This document shows positions 62,004-64,000 of a stretch of DNA of 64,000 bases, in pieces. The position numbers and the translations under genes are program-made. The notes below the pieces were generated by a model. The model made no database searches and was not told where the DNA came from. It saw only the letters and a program-made list of their open reading frames with translations. Within the stretch, counting starts at the first letter, position 1; every line of letters begins with the position of its first letter. Origin of the DNA: Alphaproteobacteria bacterium (GTDB lineage Bacteria > Pseudomonadota > Alphaproteobacteria > UBA2966); assembly GCA_964291395.2 (NCBI GenBank), contig OZ219856.1, positions 128,001 to 192,000 of the forward strand. Reading direction: 5' to 3'.

Positions 62004-62083
62004 CGGCGCCCTTTCTAACAGCGTCTTGATTCGGTGTCGAGCGCCGCGCGCCCGGTCTGCCGGCACCACGGCCCGCCGCGCGC

Positions 62084-63076
62084 CTACCGATTGGGACGGG
62101 GCGGGAAGCGGTCTCCGGAATATGCCGGATCGGCGAGGATAGCCCGGGCGCCCTCGCAGTCGGCCGTGATCTGCGCCTTCAGCGCGTCCAGCACGTCGAA
62201 TTTGCGCTCCGGCCGAAGGAAGTCCAGAAACGCCACGCGCACGTCCCGGTCGTAGATGTCCTCGTCGAAATCGAAGATGTGGACTTCCAGCAGCGTGCTC
62301 TTGCCGTCGAACGTGGGCCTGCGGCCGAGATTGGCAACCCCGCCGTGCCAGGTTTCCGGCTCCTCGCCCTCGACGGCAGCGCGGACGGCGTAGACGCCCA
62401 GAGCCGGCTCCAGATGGTCGTTCAACGCGACGTTGGCGGTGGGAAAGCCCAGGCGACGACCGCGCCGGTCCCCGGGGAGGACCGGGCCGCTGATCTCCCA
62501 CCAGCGGCCGAGGCGATCGGCCGCGGGAAGCGGTTTGCCCGCCATCAGATACTCGCGGATGCGGCTGGAGGCGTAGATTTCTCCGCCTTCGGCGGGGTCC
62601 CCGTGCGTGACACCGTCGATGACGGTCAACCCGTAGCCGCCGTCGTTGGACATGCGCGCGAGAAGCTCGTGATTTCCCGTGCGCCCGCGGCCGAACACGA
62701 AGTCGTAACCGACGACGACCCGCCGAACCTCCAATGCGCCGACCAGGACGTCACGCACGAAATCCTCCGCGGCGATGGACGCGAACTCCCTGTCGAAGCG
62801 AACGGCGACCATGAACTGCGCGCCCAGCTTCTCGACCTGGAGGGCCTTGCTGTGCAGCGGCGTCAGTCGAAAGGACGGGAAATCAGGCTGGAACACCGTG
62901 CGGGGGTGCGGCTCGAAGGTCAGGACCCCGAACGGGATGTCCAGATCCGCGGCCTGGCGGCCCGCCTCGCCGATGACCGCCCAGTGGCCGCGGTGCACGC
63001 CATCGAAGTTGCCGATGGCGACGGCACCGCCGCGCACGTCCCGGGGCAGGCCCGCATACTCGCTGAAGGTGCGCAT
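62084..63076 (-). CDS. ribF: Bifunctional riboflavin kinase/FAD synthetase
   Basis: IGNFDGVHRGH, TFEPHP, GFPTAN, GRRPTF, LEVHIFDF. Confidence 0.97.
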   Translation of the reverse strand: MRTFSEYAGLPRDVRGGAVAIGNFDGVHRGHWAVIGEAGRQAADLDIPFGVLTFEPHPRTVFQPDFPSFRLTPLHSKALQVEKLGAQFMVAVRFDREFASIAAEDFVRDVLVGALEVRRVVVGYDFVFGRGRTGNHELLARMSNDGGYGLTVIDGVTHGDPAEGGEIYASSRIREYLMAGKPLPAADRLGRWWEISGPVLPGDRRGRRLGFPTANVALNDHLEPALGVYAVRAAVEGEEPETWHGGVANLGRRPTFDGKSTLLEVHIFDFDEDIYDRDVRVAFLDFLRPERKFDVLDALKAQITADCEGARAILADPAYSGDRFPPRPNR

Positions 63077-63086
63077 CGACACCGGA

Positions 63087-63998
63087 TCAGACTCGCACGT
63101 CGGGCGCCCGGTGCGCCGACGAAACGTGCCCGTCGGACCGGGGATCGAACCGCGCGCGCCACCGCTCGAGGAGGTCGTCGTCCCCCTCGACGCAGCGCGC
63201 CTGCCGCAGCGCCACCTTGAGCGCGGCGCTGTAGATCGCGCCGCCGCCTTCTCCACCGTGGGCGTCGGGTGGATCGCCTGCCCGAAGCGCCGCGCCGACC
63301 GCGCGTTTCGCTTTCACATAGTCCATCGCACCCCAATCCCCGAGCAGCTTCTGGAACTTCTCGTGCGCGTCCCTGTCGAACGGGGTCCGCTCACCCAGGC
63401 GGTCGAACAGGGGGTTGCGCGGGTAGACCTGCAGGCAGACGGTGTACGCGGGCGGAACGACCGGGGTCCAGGGCGCGTGCCCGTCGCGGCCGAAGAGGTC
63501 CGGCAAGAGGTGCGTATGAGGCCCGTCGAGAAGATCCGTGTCGCCACGCGATTTGGGGATCGGTTGATAGACCTCGATGCGTCCGAGGGCCGAGAGAAAG
63601 ACCCGGTGGGGACCGGCCTCGACGATCGCGCGGCCCAGTTCGCCGCCTTCCGCGAATACGGACGTTCCCGACATCGTTCGGAGGCGTTCGATCAGGTTCC
63701 GATCGCCTGCCCGAATGCAGGCCCTGATACGGTCCGTCGGAAGGCCGAGATCGAACAGCGAGGCGTTTCGGTCCGACCCGCGAACGGCGCCCGCATCGGG
63801 GCCGCGATCCTCGAGACCCTCCGGACCCGCCATGCGCGCATGCTGCGAGGACAACACGGCAACGAGCCCTTGCTGCCAATGATCCCCCCGCTTCGACGGC
63901 GCCTCATAGGCGATCAGCCGAACGCCCGGCTTCAAACGAATGCGCATGGCACCGCGGCCGGTCGCGACGACGAGGTCCTCCGGAGCGTGGACATCATA
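63087..63998 (-). CDS. Conserved hypothetical protein, 5'-partial (frame open to the window end)
   Basis: No stop upstream of M63947 (YDVHAPEDLVVATGRGAM...); protein-like motifs GRIEVYQPIP, GPHTHLLP; abuts ribF. Confidence 0.7.
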   Translation of the reverse strand, partial: YDVHAPEDLVVATGRGAMRIRLKPGVRLIAYEAPSKRGDHWQQGLVAVLSSQHARMAGPEGLEDRGPDAGAVRGSDRNASLFDLGLPTDRIRACIRAGDRNLIERLRTMSGTSVFAEGGELGRAIVEAGPHRVFLSALGRIEVYQPIPKSRGDTDLLDGPHTHLLPDLFGRDGHAPWTPVVPPAYTVCLQVYPRNPLFDRLGERTPFDRDAHEKFQKLLGDWGAMDYVKAKRAVGAALRAGDPPDAHGGEGGGAIYSAALKVALRQARCVEGDDDLLERWRARFDPRSDGHVSSAHRAPDVRV

Positions 63999-64000
63999 GG

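Overview
High-GC alphaproteobacterial chromosomal window (Rhodospirillales-like gene order, inferred) made mostly of core genes. In order: gcvP(partial)-gcvH under a tandem glycine riboswitch with no gcvT; ispH-thrB-rnhA; peroxiredoxin/DsbD-N/YqgE; the aa3-type cytochrome c oxidase operon (coxB-coxA-ctaB-small ORF-ctaG-coxC-DUF983-SURF1-M32-thrC-M16-RimJ); tldD/gshA/rsmE/ubiA/ubiD/pmbA/cysQ; a late lipid A block (msbA-DUF374-waaA-lpxK-lpxL); xseA and purD; tadA, rluB, rsmD, mutL, an M16 pair, lspA (frameshifted), ileS and ribF. There are two accessory patches. (1) An IclR + ABC importer + Rieske oxygenase cassette, bracketed by ACAD10/11-like kinase and acyl-CoA dehydrogenase genes, with a DUF5131 relic at its edge. 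(2) A decayed defence-type islet (restriction-modification N-terminal fragment plus a class II Fic gene) whose promoter carries three 10-bp direct repeats at exact 24-bp spacing. The most interesting unannotated element is a candidate Ile-sensing leader peptide plus hairpin upstream of ileS. Two genes appear to lack canonical start codons. No tRNA, rRNA, CRISPR array or intact transposase was seen. All calls come from reading motifs and synteny; no searches were run.
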